Assembly (NCBI GenBank): GCA_963514005.1
Contig: OY740803.1
Coordinates: forward strand, 43,648,001-43,712,000
Length of the DNA: 64,000 nucleotides
Origin: Raja brachyura
Taxonomy: Eukaryota
Direction of reading: 5' to 3'
Part shown: positions 13,200-25,353 of the stretch, piece after piece
How the letters are laid out: each line of letters starts with the position of its first letter
Position numbering within the stretch: position 1 is the stretch's first letter
Made by a program: the position numbers and the translations under genes
The notes under the pieces: model-generated
What the model was told of the DNA's origin: nothing
Database searches by the model: none
Seen by the model: the letters and a program-made list of their open reading frames with translations, nothing else

Positions 13200-14570
13200 T
13201 GAGTTATCTGAAGTTGGAGACTTCAATATTGAGTCTGTAAGGTTGCAGTGTGTTCAGATGGAAGCTGAGGTGTTGTTCCTTGTAGTGACTAGTGGGGTAC
13301 CGCAAGGCTCAGTGCTGGGACCCCAGCTATTTACAATATACATAAATGATCTGGATGAGGGAATTGAAGGCAATATCTCCAAGTTTGCGGATGACACTAA
13401 GCTGGGAGGCAGTGTTAGCTGTGAGGAGGATGCTATGAGCCTGCAAGGTGACTTGGATAGGCTGGGTGAGTGGGCAAATGTTTGGCAGATGCAGTTTAAT
13501 GTGGATAAATGTGAGGTTATCCACTTTGGTGGCAAAAATAGGAAAACAGACTATTATCTAAATGGAGGCCGATTAGGAAAAGGGGAGATGCAGTGCGACC
13601 TGGGTGTTATGGTACACCAGTCATTGAAAGTAGGCATGCAGGTACAGCAGGCAGTGAAGAAAGCGAATGGTATGTTAGCTTTCATAGCAAAAGGATTTGA
13701 GTATAGGAGCAGGGAGGTTCTACTTCAGTTGTATAGGGTCTTGGTGAGGCCACACCTGGAGTATTGCGTACAGTTCTGGTCTCCAAAACTGAGGAAGGAC
13801 ATTATTGCCATAGAGGGAGTGCAGCAAAGGTTCACCAGACTGATTCCTGGGATGTCAGGACTGTCTTATGAACAAAGACTGCATAGACTCGGTTTATACT
13901 CTCTAGAATTTAGGCGATTGAGAGGGGATCTTATAGAAACTTACAAGATTCTTAAGGGGTTGGACAGGCTAGATGCAGGAAGATTGTTCCCGATGTTGGG
14001 GAGGTCCAGGACAAGGGGTCACAGCTTAAGGATAAGGGGGAAATCCTTTAGGACCGAGATGAGAAGAAATTTTTTCACACAGAGAGTGGTGGGCCTCTGG
14101 AACTCTCTGCCACAGAGGGTAGTTGAGGCCAGTTCATTGGCTATATTTAAGAGGGAGTTAGATGTGGCTAAAGGGATCAGGGGGTATGGAGAGAAGGCAG
14201 GTACAGGATTCAGATTCAGATTCAGAGACAACGAAATGCATTAAAAGTTCAGTGTGTGTATATGTACATATACACTTATATACGTACATACATATACCAC
14301 TCCAGTACTGGGAATGCTCCTTTTTTTTTAGATGTAGATTAGTGATCAGGAGTTTGGTTTTCATGTTTGCACTTTACTGAGGATACTGAGGATACTGAGT
14401 TGGATGATCAGCCATGATCATATTGAATGGCGGTGCAGGCTCGAAGGGCCGAATGGCCTACTCCTGCACCTAATTTCTATGTTTCTATGTTTGTGTTGGA
14501 CCTTATTGAAACAGTGCAGGAGGCTGCAGACAGAAAGGTCAGAGTGGGACGGGGAATTAAAGTGGCACGC
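13200..14570 (-). mobile_element. Old PLE GIY-YIG C-terminal relic split by a CR1 insertion
   Basis: 13200-13282 and ~14490-14570 join into the reverse complement of the PLE ORF end also seen at 40240-40400. Confidence 0.6.
13283..14490 (+). mobile_element. Young 5'-truncated CR1 LINE with open RT C-terminal ORF
   Basis: VTSGVPQGSVLGPQLFTIYINDLD...KFADDTKL...RPHLEYCVQFWSP...GYGEKAG; 3' UTR ending tttctatgtttctatg. Confidence 0.95.
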
Positions 14571-15029
14571 CAAGCAAATACATGATGTGTATTTGGCTTC
14601 TACTATAGGAAGTAGACTACATTATGAACAGCATAAACAGTGCATGACATTGGGGAAAAAATGGTGCTGGAGGAACGAGGCGGGAAGGGTAAGAACTCGG
14701 ACTGCAGAAGGGTGTTACCCCGAAATATCGTCTGTTCAGATGCTGCCTCACCTGCTGAGTTCCTCCAGCACTTTTTGTGCTCAAGATTCTTGCATCCGGA
14801 GTCTCCTGTGTCCATTGAAAGAAGTGTAAATGAATTGCTGTTTCAGTGTTTGGGTTTGTGGATGGAGGGAAGGGAAGAAGTGAAAGGATAGGTGTTGCAT
14901 ACTAGACTGCATGGGAAAGCATCTTGAGATGGGGAGTGGTTTGTGGGAACTGGTCAGTAAGGGACAAATATTTTTTCAGGATATCAATGGTATTCCCATG
15001 AAAATGTGAAGTGTCTCACAAATCTGATT

Positions 15030-17345
15030 TTTTTTGAAGATGTGACCAAAAAGGTCGATGAGGGCTGAGCTGTAGATGTTGTGTAAATGGACTTCAGTAA
15101 GACGTTCGACAAGGTTCCACAAGGGTAATGGTGGAAGGTTGCTTCTCAGATTGGATGCCTGTGACTAGTGGTGTGCCTCAGGGTTCGGTGCTTGGCCTGT
15201 TACTGTCTGAGTAGTGTTGTAGAGCAGAGAGATCTAGGAGTACAGGTACATGGTTCCTTGAAGGTCGAGTTGCAGGTAGATAAGGTGGTCAAAAAGGCAT
15301 TTGGCACTTTGGCCTTCATCAGAGTATTGAGTATTAAAGTTGGGACATCATATTGCAGTTGTATAAGACGTTGGTGAGACAGACCACGTTTAGAATATTG
15401 TGTTCAGTTCTGGGCACCATGTTATAGGAACGATATTGTCAAGCTTGAAAGGGTTCAGAAAATATTTACGATAATGTTACCAGGACTAGAGGGTGTGAGC
15501 TATCGGGAGAGGTTGAGTAGGCTGGGCCTCTATTCCATGGAGCGAAGGAGGATAAGAGGTGATCTTATAGAGATGTATAAGATCATTAGAGGAATAGATT
15601 GGCTAGATGCACAGAGTCTTTTGCCCAGAGTAGGGGAATCGAGGACCAGAGGACATAGGTTCAAGGTGAAGGGGAAAAGATTTAATAGGAATCCGAGGGG
15701 TAACTTTTTAACACAAAGGGTGATGTGTGTATGGAACAAGCTGCCAGAGGAGCAAGCACATGCCATCAGGGTAGGCAAGGTAGGCACTGCCTACCCTGAC
15801 TAAAATTATAGCATAGTAATTACTAAATATAAATAGTAAAGGCATGGGAGAATTATGCCTATCTAAGAGATCGATCTCTTAGGTAGGCATAATTCTCCGT
15901 GCCTTTCATCCGCAGCGCTTGTAACCCTTGAAGGTCTGTGCAGCCCACGTGCCGTCGGCGCTGCTTCAAGCCATCAATTTCAATCGGGGCTGAAGGCAGC
16001 AGAAATTCTGCCTTTGCAGCACTACGCATGCACAGCAGCCTACTGCACATGCGCAGCGCTAGTTTCTTGGCGGGGTTTTCAAATATGGATTGGCATTATT
16101 TTAAGTGTGTCTTTGGAAACTGGGAGAGAAGAATGGAGCTCATGTACCAATAATGTAGTAAGTACATTTCTTGGTGATGTTTTTAAATACTGTATTTCCC
16201 GGGGTGTGGGGGTGGGGGGAGAGCTCCTTTCATAGCGTTTGGGGAGTCTGGCCCGGGGTAAAGTTGCGGGGAGGGCACGAATGTTGTGAAGGAGGGGATC
16301 GGGATAATGCCACTTGCGACACGCTCCTTGCACGGAGGCGTGCAATGCCACCGCATTGAGGCCGGGGGGGGGGGGGGGGGAGAAATAGCTCGGGTGGCCG
16401 CCGGGACCCGACAGAATCGCCGCCACCTCAGCGCCTTCTGCCGTCCCTGCTCACCTCTGGCAGCTCTCCGTCTAAAAACCTCTCTCCTGCCGCTCGCTGG
16501 CCTCACTCATGTCCTTAAATGTCCGACAGCGCTATTGAGGTTACTCGGCTGTGGGAATTTAAGGATTTGCAGGAAGCCGCTGACATGAGCGAGCAGCAGG
16601 TGAGAGGTGTTCAGGCGGAGAGCACTGCCAGAAGTAAGCGGGCCGGCAGAAGGCGCTGAAGCGGCAACCAGTTCTGCTGTCGGGGCCCAGCGGCCGCTCG
16701 CAGCTCCCCGAGCTGCTTCTATCACTGGCTACAGTGCATGGCTTCGCGCCCGGAGCACTGCAGCAGCAGCGGTGAGTGAGTGAGTCACTGGCATTATCCC
16801 CGACCCCCTCCTCCTCAACACTCCAGCTCCCCCTGCAACTTTACCCCTGGCTAGACTTCCCACATGCTGTGAAAGGAACTCTACCCCCAATTGGTCCCTT
16901 GAACAAGTGTTGTCTTTCAATAAGATGACAACTGATTCAACTTTTCCCTGTGCTCCCGTTTTTCCCACCATCTCTCCACCTGCCATTACCCTTCACCACC
17001 CACCCATTCAGCAATTCAGAATAAAGGAGACTAATTGAATTGTTACTGTTTTTATTTTTTATTTTTACGGAGAGAACTATCTGCGCATGCGCGGTTTAAT
17101 TTTTTTTTAAAAGCCGACTGAGTGCCTACCCTGAGTAATTACTCACGGCACGTGCTTGCAGAGGAAGTAGTTGAGGCTGGGACTATCCCATTGTTTAAGA
17201 AACAGTTAGACAGGTACGTTTATATGACGGGTTTGGGGGGATATGGACCAAGCGCAGGAATAGTGTAGCTGGGACATTGTTGGCCGGTATGGGCTAGTTG
17301 GGCTGAAGGACCTGTTTCCACACTGTATCACCATGACTATGACTC
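15030..17345 (+). mobile_element. Degraded CR1 LINE interrupted by a hAT element
   Basis: CR1 RT-like frames 15030-15752 resume at 17159 (cagaggaagtagttgaggc) and run to the CR1 3' tail. Confidence 0.85.
15753..17158. mobile_element. Non-autonomous hAT-type DNA transposon
   Basis: TIRs caagcacatgcc / ggcacgtgcttg; 8-bp TSD cagaggag (15745-15752) / cagaggaa (17159-17166); sub-terminal tgcctaccctga repeats; no transposase. Confidence 0.85.
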
Positions 17346-17547
17346 TAGGAGTGCAGGAAAATGTTATAGATTGGTACAATATTATGTGTAATACAGTCAC
17401 AGGTTACAGACCTAAGACCTGCAGTGCATGTGGTTCATGATACTCTGCTAATGCATTAACATCTCATTCTTTCATTGTCAAAATTGTAACTTGCTTGATC
17501 TCTCTGCATTTTAGCTTTTAGGAGAATAAAGCTTTATAGTTGATGTG

Positions 17548-18222
17548 ATCTGACTTCAGAGGTGCGATCAGTCTTTCAAGTATACTTTTCATAGAATCCG
17601 CTGCCTAGAAATTGTTCTGTAAAGAAAGCGCTGTTATTATTGGGCTTCCAGTACTTTTTTGTCTATTTAAAGATATGGTCTGTGTTGCATTGGCCTTTAT
17701 CACCAAAGGGCTCGGATATGAAGGTATGGGAGTTACATTGGTTATATAATTCTCTGTTTTGCCCTCATTTTGAGGGTTTAAATCTTGGCACCACATTTTA
17801 GGAATGGGAGATTTGCAGGGGAGGGGATGTAGAGGGATAATGGTTGTGGGTACAATAAAGAATTGGCAGGTCTACATGGAGAGGGCAAGGAGATGGGACT
17901 GGCTGCACTGGTCCTTCTTGCACTGCTATGGACTCACCAGGCAGAATGACCACCTTTCATGCTATAATAATTTAGTGAGCAAGGAAGGACCATTGCTTCT
18001 TATTCCTATGCTATCTCGTAAGTCTGGTGTTTGTTGGGTAACAGTGCTAAATAATTTTAGTGTTATTGTATTTTCTCTGATCAGGATAAAATAATCTATT
18101 TTGCATTTTAAAAAAAAGGTAACAATCTGTAGGTCAGGCAAAATCCTTGGAGAGGGAATAAGATAATGTTTTAGCTTGGTGACTTTTCACCAGATCCGAA
18201 ATGCTTTTGATGGTACACCATT
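17548..18222 (+). repeat. Copy 2 of the ~0.65 kb local direct duplication
   Basis: Matches 11349-11985, with an extra ~20-30 bp segment. Confidence 0.9.
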
Positions 18223-19437
18223 GACTTAAAATGTCAGCTCCGTTGACTTTTTCACAGATTCTGCATGTTCTGATGACTATTTTATTTTTTTGTTATAATT
18301 TCAGATTTTGGGCTTCTGCATCTTTTTGATTTAGAATCTGTACCAGATTAGCAGAAGTTGCCAGAGTACCAACACCAATTATGCATTATTCCTACATTGA
18401 ACCACTTTGTACATGAGCACTGTTATTCTGCAACACAGATGAACACGCAGGGCGCCCGCTCCTCGTGTTTGTGTCTTGTTACAATCCTTTATTGATTAAG
18501 AAAAGACATCCTGTTGTAATAGTAGCATTGTTATTTTTAAACGGATTGATTAGTCCTAAAATAGATGCCTTCTGATGAGTATAATGTTTCAAACTTGCAC
18601 TTACAGTAAGTATGACCTGATAAAGAGAATGAAGGGCATTGCAGACTGTGATGGAACGGACGTTGATCTATTATGAACTAACTCGGAGGAATTAATTTTT
18701 TAGTACACATTCTATGACGAAAGATGATCATCATGTAACTGAACAGTTAGTTAGTCCCATCGACATCCCCAGCTTTTTCTTTTCTAGCACTGAATATTGC
18801 TTTCGGAAATACATTTTTGGGAAGAAAAGATAGGAAGGATGCAATGGGTCTGTAAATATTCAATAGTTAATGACTGCTTTTATATGGAGTATCTTAGCCT
18901 TTTTTTTCCTTTGAAGGGGTTGATCACTACCTCTACTCTCTCATATCGAGAAGGTTTCAGTCCTCCTGTTCTTTCCCAGTCTAAAAACCTGAAGGTCTTT
19001 TGTTTGCCCAATCCAATCAAAATACCAGACTCTGTGTCTGCAATCTCAGCGGTCACAATTATGCTGATTATATAGGTTAAATTAAAATGAAGAAGAACAC
19101 TTCTCATTCCTCTTCGGTCTCCGTGGTCTATGATTTCAGCTGTCGGGATGCGTGGACTAGGTTTTGTAGTGTTAACTGGGGAGCAGAGGATGTCAGGCAG
19201 CGACTAATTTACTGGAATCCAATACAAATTAACAACATTGCAACAGAGCCTGAATGATGGAACTCGATGTAATGTCATGCTGAGCAGCATGTTTAGACTT
19301 CAGCTCTAATATGTGGCTTGCCAGAATCGTTTCATTTGGCGAAACCATTTTGAGTTAAAGTGTTTTTATTGCAAAGTGACAAATTATTCTTAGATTATGT
19401 GACTGAGTAAATGTTTGTATGCTGGTACTGTTACTGA

Positions 19438-19670
19438 AACACAAAGTGCTGGAGTAACTCAGCAGCTCGGGCAGCATCTCCGGAGGAATAGATAGGCAAC
19501 GTTTTAGGTCGGGATCCTTCTTCAGATTTGACGTTTCGTGTTGGGACCCTTCTTAAGACTTCAGACTGGACAATAGTCCATGTCCTATACCGATGGTGCC
19601 TGACCAGCTGAGTTACTCCACCATTTGTTTTTTATTCCAGATTCCTCCATCTGTTCCTTGTGTCTTTGTT
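19438..19670. mobile_element. Fold-back PLE-repeat insertion with tandem hammerhead-motif remnants
   Basis: Two successive acgttt...cttct(c/t)aga units (minus strand) followed by an inverted ctgagttactcca arm. Confidence 0.7.
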
Positions 19671-19739
19671 ATTGGAATGCTCCCTAAATTAAATGAACGG
19701 AAATAATATAGTATTTTTCTAGAACAAATAATCCTTGTT

Positions 19740-20012
19740 TACTTTAGTTTACAGATGCTACGCTGAAACAGGCCCTTCGGCCCACCGGGTCCGCGCCGAC
19801 CAGCGATCCCTGCATATTAACACTATCCTACACCCACAAGGGACAATTTTTACATTTACCAAGCCAATTAACATACCTGTACATCTTTGGAGTGTGGGAG
19901 TAAACCGAAGAAAAGAAACTCGGAGAAGCCCTATGCAGGTCACGGGGAGAACGTGCAAACTCCACACAGACAGCACCCGTAGTTGGGTCAAACCCAGGTC
20001 TCCGGCGCTGCA
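19740..20012 (-). mobile_element. V-SINE (HE1-like)
   Basis: Reverse-complement SINE tail (tttagttt), gaaacaggcccttcggccca, and core. Confidence 0.85.
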
Positions 20013-20350
20013 TTGTGCTGAAATGCTGAAATCTTTTGTCACTTTTTCAACTGAAAATGTGATTTAAACTTATCTTTTATCATTTCTTTTATCCTGAACT
20101 ATAACCAGTTTTGATGTTCCTGCCTTTTTGGAGTTTGGTGTACAGTGACTGAGTGTAGAAGTAAAATGAACTACTGTGAAGTTCCCAACTTGTTGCAGGT
20201 ACTAGATGGATTATGCATCTTTAAGTCTAATGACAGACATTTTATCTCCAAAGGTCACATGCAAGTCTCTCTGGTTTCCACTCAGAGGGGCATTACAGTT
20301 TCCTTGCTAACATCTCAATTGTGACCAGTCAATGCTAGTGTTTCTTATTG

Positions 20351-20502
20351 TTCTTCTTATCGAGCCTACATTAGAAGATGAGAAATTGTTCAGCCAGAGC
20401 TGAACACACTTCTCGGCATCTGGAGACAATGGTGTCTTGTGCGTGGTGGTGGAAAGATTGGTGGAAACAAGGCTGCGACGTGAACGCTCTTTCCTTGACC
20501 CC
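20351..20502 (-). mobile_element. Short non-autonomous retroelement (possibly Vingi/Ingi-like) headed by an HDV-like ribozyme
   Basis: 13-bp TSD gtgtttcttattg (20338-20350 / 20503-20515); minus strand starts GGGG and ends taagaagaa. Confidence 0.8.
20451..20502 (-). ncRNA. Candidate minimal HDV-like self-cleaving ribozyme
   Basis: GGGGTC-AA-GGAAAGA-GCG-TTCACGT-CGC-AGCCTT-G-TTTCCA-CCAA-TCTTTCC = P1/P2/P3/L3/P3'/P1'/mini-P4/J4-2 (C)/P2'. Confidence 0.75.
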
Positions 20503-20719
20503 GTGTTTCTTATTGATATTATTTAGCGTGACGTTTAAGTAGCAGGAATGAAACCGATGTTTGTGATGTGTCTTAATCCCAAGTGCAATAGATAATGGAA
20601 TGTATACATCAATGAAATAAGGAACTTTATCTGCACTAGCAGTTTTGCAAGTTATGTTAAGGACCTTAGAATTTCTCTTTAGCTTTTGAGAATGATTATA
20701 TTATCTGATGTTTATGAAT

Positions 20720-21510
20720 GAACTGCTTGGGTCCTTGGATGGAATCGAGGGGGGAGGTAAAACGATAAGTGTAGCATTTCCTGTGGTTGCAAGAGAAAGT
20801 ACCAGGGGAGGGTGTGGTTTGGGTGGGAAAGGACAAATTGAGCAGGGAGTTACGGAGGGAACGGTCTCTGCGGAAAGCCGAAAGGGGAGGAGATGGGAAG
20901 ATGTGGCCAGTGGTGGGTTCCCGTTGGAAGATTATATGTTGTATGTGACGGCTGGTGGGGTGGAAGGTGAGGACAAGGAGGACTCTGTCCTTGTTACGAG
21001 TGGAGGGATGGGGAGTGAGAGCGGAGTTACAGGATATAGAGGAGACCCTGGTGGGAACCTCATCTATCGTCGAAGAGGGGAACCCCAGTTCCCTAAAGAG
21101 TGAGGAACACTGGTTTGGAACACCTCATCCTGGGTGTGGCATGGATGGAGGAATTGGGAGTAGGGGATAGAGTCCTTACAGGAAGCAGGGTGGGAAGAGG
21201 TGTAGTCCAGATAGCAATGGGAGTCAGTGGGTTTGTAGTAGATATCGGTCAGTAGTCTGCTACCTGCGATGGAGATGGTGAGGTCTAGAAACGGTAGGGA
21301 GATGTCGGAAATGGTGCAGGTGAATTTGAGTACCGGATAGAAGTTAGTGGTGAAATGGATGAAGTCAGTGAGTTCTGCATGGGTACAGGAAGTAGCACCA
21401 ATGCAGTTGTCAATGTAGCAGAGGTAAAGTTCGGGGATAGGGTCACGGTACGCCTCGAACAAGGATTGATCGACATACCCTACAAAGAGGCAGGCATAGC
21501 TGGGGCCCAT
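20720..21510 (-). mobile_element. Penelope-like element RT / GIY-YIG relic
   Basis: MGPSYACLFVG...YIDN...LPFLDLTI...TDIYYKPTDSHCYLDYTSSHP...SIPYSQFL is a typical PLE RT/thumb; frameshifted. Confidence 0.9.
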
Positions 21511-22482
21511 GATATCAGATATTATCTGATATTCTCTTTGCCACGCAACACAAGCACTTGTCAGACCATCATTGGGAGTATAATGGTATTTGTTTCAGTG
21601 TTAGCAATTGCTTTTCTGGAACATGCGGCTAGCGTTCATCAATAATGCGGTTCCTTTACAAACCTTTCATACGGATATTATTTTGAAGTATTTGGGTCAC
21701 AGTTGAAGCTTAAATCAAAATTTGCCAATCCACTGAAGCAAATTTGCTGCAGATTTGAGCCTTGCCACAGGATATAAAATGCATATTGAATAGACCTGGT
21801 CCGTAGCAATAACTCTTGGGATAGTGCCAAAAGAACCCTCCCATGTCGGTAAATGTCGCAACTCTGTTTTAGTATTGAGGCCTCATGCAGACATCTCCAT
21901 TAAACTCTGTTACTTGAAGCAGTAGGATCTGCTCATAATGCACGGAGGGAACTTGACATCTCTGGTGCAAGGGAGTGTGCATTACGTGAATTTCAAATAA
22001 TTATGCAAAGCTCAGGTAACCAATAAGTTAGTCTTTGGATATTATAAACTTTAATTTTCATGGTTGTGCTTTTGGGTAACTATCCCTCTATCAGGAAATG
22101 AAATGGGATTCTGAAAAATAGTCCCTCTGGTGGCAGTAAGATTGGTGTAAGAATTTTTAATTGATTTTCTGGGATTTGGCAAGACCAGCATTTGTTGTCT
22201 ATCTGTCATTCTCCATAAGATGAACTGCTTCTCGAATTACAGCATTCTTTCTGATAACGTGACTTCCAATTAGCTTGACCCACTCCGGTCAAAGACTTGT
22301 CCCACCCATCCCTTTATCCCTGCTGCCGCGCACCACCAGCCCTAGGAACAACGTCTTCTGCACTGTTACATAGAAACATAGAACATAGGTGCAGGAGGAG
22401 GCCATTCGGCCCTTCGAGCCAACACCGCCATTCATTGTGATCATGGCTGATTGTCCCCAATCAATAAACTGTGCCTGCCTTC

Positions 22483-25001
22483 AATTCAATTCAATCTTTA
22501 ATTGTCATTGTGCAGTGTACAATACAGAAATGCAGTTGGTATCTCCGAAGGGCGAACTTACGAATAAACAATTAATTCCGCAGTAGTATGAGTATATACA
22601 TCTATACATATACAGTGGTATCCGTGCAATTTGCTGGTGATTGGATAGTCTGGGGGGGGAGGGGGGAGGGGTGGAGACAGGCAGTCATTGAGGTACAGCG
22701 TTGAGATGTGTGACAGCCGCAGGGAAGAAGCTGTTCTTGAGCCTGCTGGTCCGGCAGCGGAGGGACCTGTAGCGTCTCCCGGATGGGAGGAGGGTAAACA
22801 GTCTATGGTTCGGGTGTGAGCTGTCCCTGGCGATGCTGTGCGCCCTGCGCAGGCATCGTTTACTATGGACAGACTCAATGGAGGGGAGTGAGGAGCCTCT
22901 GATGCGTTGGGCGATCTCCACCACCCACTGCAGAGCTTTCCGGTCGGCGACAGAACAGTTACCATACCATACTGTAATGCAGTTGGTAAGGATGCTCTCG
23001 ATGGTGCAGCGGTAGAAGTTCACCAGAATCTGGGGAGACAGGTGGACCTTCTTAAGTCTCCTCAGGAAGAAGAGACGCTGGTGAGCCTTCTTGATCAACG
23101 AGGATGTGTTGTGGGTCCAGGAGAGGTCATCGGAGATGTTGACCCCCAGGAACCTGAAGCTGGAGACACGTTCCACCGCCGTCCCGTTGATATGGATGGG
23201 GTTCTGCGTGCAGCCTCTCGATCTCCTGAAGTCCACAATGAGCTCCTTGGTCTTCTTGGAGTTGAGGGCCAGGTTATTGTCGGCACACCATGCTGTTAGG
23301 AGCTGAACCTCCTCCCTGTAGGCTGACTCATCGTTGTCGCTGATGAGGCCAATCACCATGTACAGGTGTGTAGTCATAGGTGAAGAGGGAGTAGAGGAGG
23401 GGGCTCAGCACGCAGCCCTGGGGTACGCCAGTGTTCAGGGTGAGGGTAGATGGGGAATGGTTATCCAACCTGACAGACTGTGGTCTGTTGGTTAGAAAGT
23501 CCAGTAACCAATTGCAGAGGGAAGGGTTGATGCCCAGGTCATCGAGTTTGGCGATCAATTTAGAGGGGATAATGGTGTTGAATGCTGAGCTGTAGTCGAT
23601 GAACAGCATTCTCACATAAGTGTTTCTGTTGTCGAGGTGGGAGCGGGCGGAGTGGAGTGCCGTTGAGATGGCATCCTCCGTGGTCCTGTTCTTGCGGTAT
23701 GCAAACTGGTAGGGGTCCAGAGTGGGAGGTAGGCAGCATTTGAGGTGTGCCATGACCAGCCTTTCAAAGCACTTGGCAATGATAGGGGTGAGTGCAACTG
23801 GGCGGAAGTCGTTGAGGCTCGCTGCAGTGGAGTGTTTTGGCACTGGCATGATGGAGGTAGTTTTAAGGCACATGGGGACAACTGCCTGGGCAAGTGACAG
23901 GTTGAAGATGTCAGTCCAGACGTCTATCAGCTGTGCAGCACAGGTCCTGAGGACGCGCCCGGGGATGCCGTCAGGGCCGACAGCCTTGCGTACGTTGATC
24001 CTACTCAGTGCCATGTGCACGTCGTAGGGGTTGAGTGTGAGGGGCTGGTGGTCATCGGGGAGCCCAGTCTTGATGGCCAACTCTTGGTTGTCCCTTTCAA
24101 AGCGGCCATAAAAGTGATTGAGTTCCTCAAGGAAGGATGCGTCGCTGGAAGTGGGGGTGGAGTTGGTGGTTCTGTAGTCAGTGATGGCCTGGATGCCATG
24201 CCACATGCGTCGGGGGTCGGAGTTGCTGTCGAAGTGCTCCTCGATCCACAGCTTGTATCTATGTTTGGCGTTCTTGATGCCCCTCTTCAGATTGGCCCTC
24301 GATGAGCTGTAGGCATGGGCATCGCCTGACCTGAAAGCTGAGTCCCGTGCTTTCAGCAGTAGCCTGACCTCGCTGTTCATCCATGACTTCTGATTCGGGT
24401 ATGTGGTGATTTGTTTGAGAGTGGTAACACTGTTGATGGAGGAGTTGATGAAGTCCAGAACAGAGGAAGTATTGGCGTCAATGTCATTGTGGGAGTCAAG
24501 GGTGGCCTGAGCTGCAAACGCATCCCAGTCAGTGTTACCAAAACGCTGCTGGAGTGTGGAGTCCGCTTCATCTGACCAAACCTTGACTGTTCTCACTGTG
24601 GGTTTAACGCGTCTGATGATTGGGGAGTACTTAGGGAGCAGGAACAATGATAAGTGATCAGACTGACCAAGGTGGGGGAGGGGGATGGCTTTGTACGCTT
24701 CAGCCATGTGGGTGTAGACTTTGTCCAGTGTCTTGTCCTCTCTAGTGGCGAAGGAGACATGTTGGTGGAATTTGGGGAGCACAGTCTTCAGGTTGGAGTG
24801 ATTGAAGCTACCCGCAACAATGAAGGCTGTGTCTGGATTGAGGGTCAGTTGTTTGCTAATGGCAATATGCAGTTCTTTCATTGCAAGCTTGGCATTGGCA
24901 TCAGGAGGGATATAGGCTGCAGTCACAACAGTGGAGGTAAACTCTCTGGGCAGATAGAACGGTCTGCACTTAACCAAGAGGAACTCAAGGTTGGCTGAGC
25001 A
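22483..25001 (-). mobile_element. 5'-truncated Rex1/Babar LINE, inactive
   Basis: ORFs 23328-24977 and 22685-23377 ([43 protein letters not shown]); (ttgaa)n tail; YADD motif deleted. Confidence 0.95.
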
Positions 25002-25052
25002 TATCTTCTCCCCATATCCCTTGATTCCACTAGCCCCTATAGCTCTATCTAA

Positions 25053-25353
25053 AGGGCCTGTCCTACTGCACGAGCCAATTCAAGAGTTCTCCCCAGTTTT
25101 CCCTGATTCGAACTCTGAGAATTACGGTAATGGCTGCTCATAGGTACTCAGGGCTCTTGTAGACATGTGGACAGAAAAATCTTCACGAGCCTACCGCGTT
25201 TCCCGAGTACCTGCCGTTAGCGTTACGAGCCACTAAGAGACGTCCCGAGCTCCGACGCACCCGCTGCGTACATTCTACGTGCTTACCACAAGTTTGATTT
25301 TTTTTAAAACTCGGGAGAGCTCTTGAATTATCTCGTACAGTGGGACAGACCCT
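25053..25353. mobile_element. PIF/Harbinger-type MITE
   Basis: TIRs agggcctgtcctactgcacgag / ctcgtacagtgggacagaccct extending to aattcaagag / ctcttgaatt; 3-bp TAA TSD. Confidence 0.85.

Noticed and set aside
11349-18222. LTR retrotransposon bounded by the 650-bp direct repeats
   Set aside because: No TG/CA termini, PBS/PPT or gag-pol; interior is unrelated TEs
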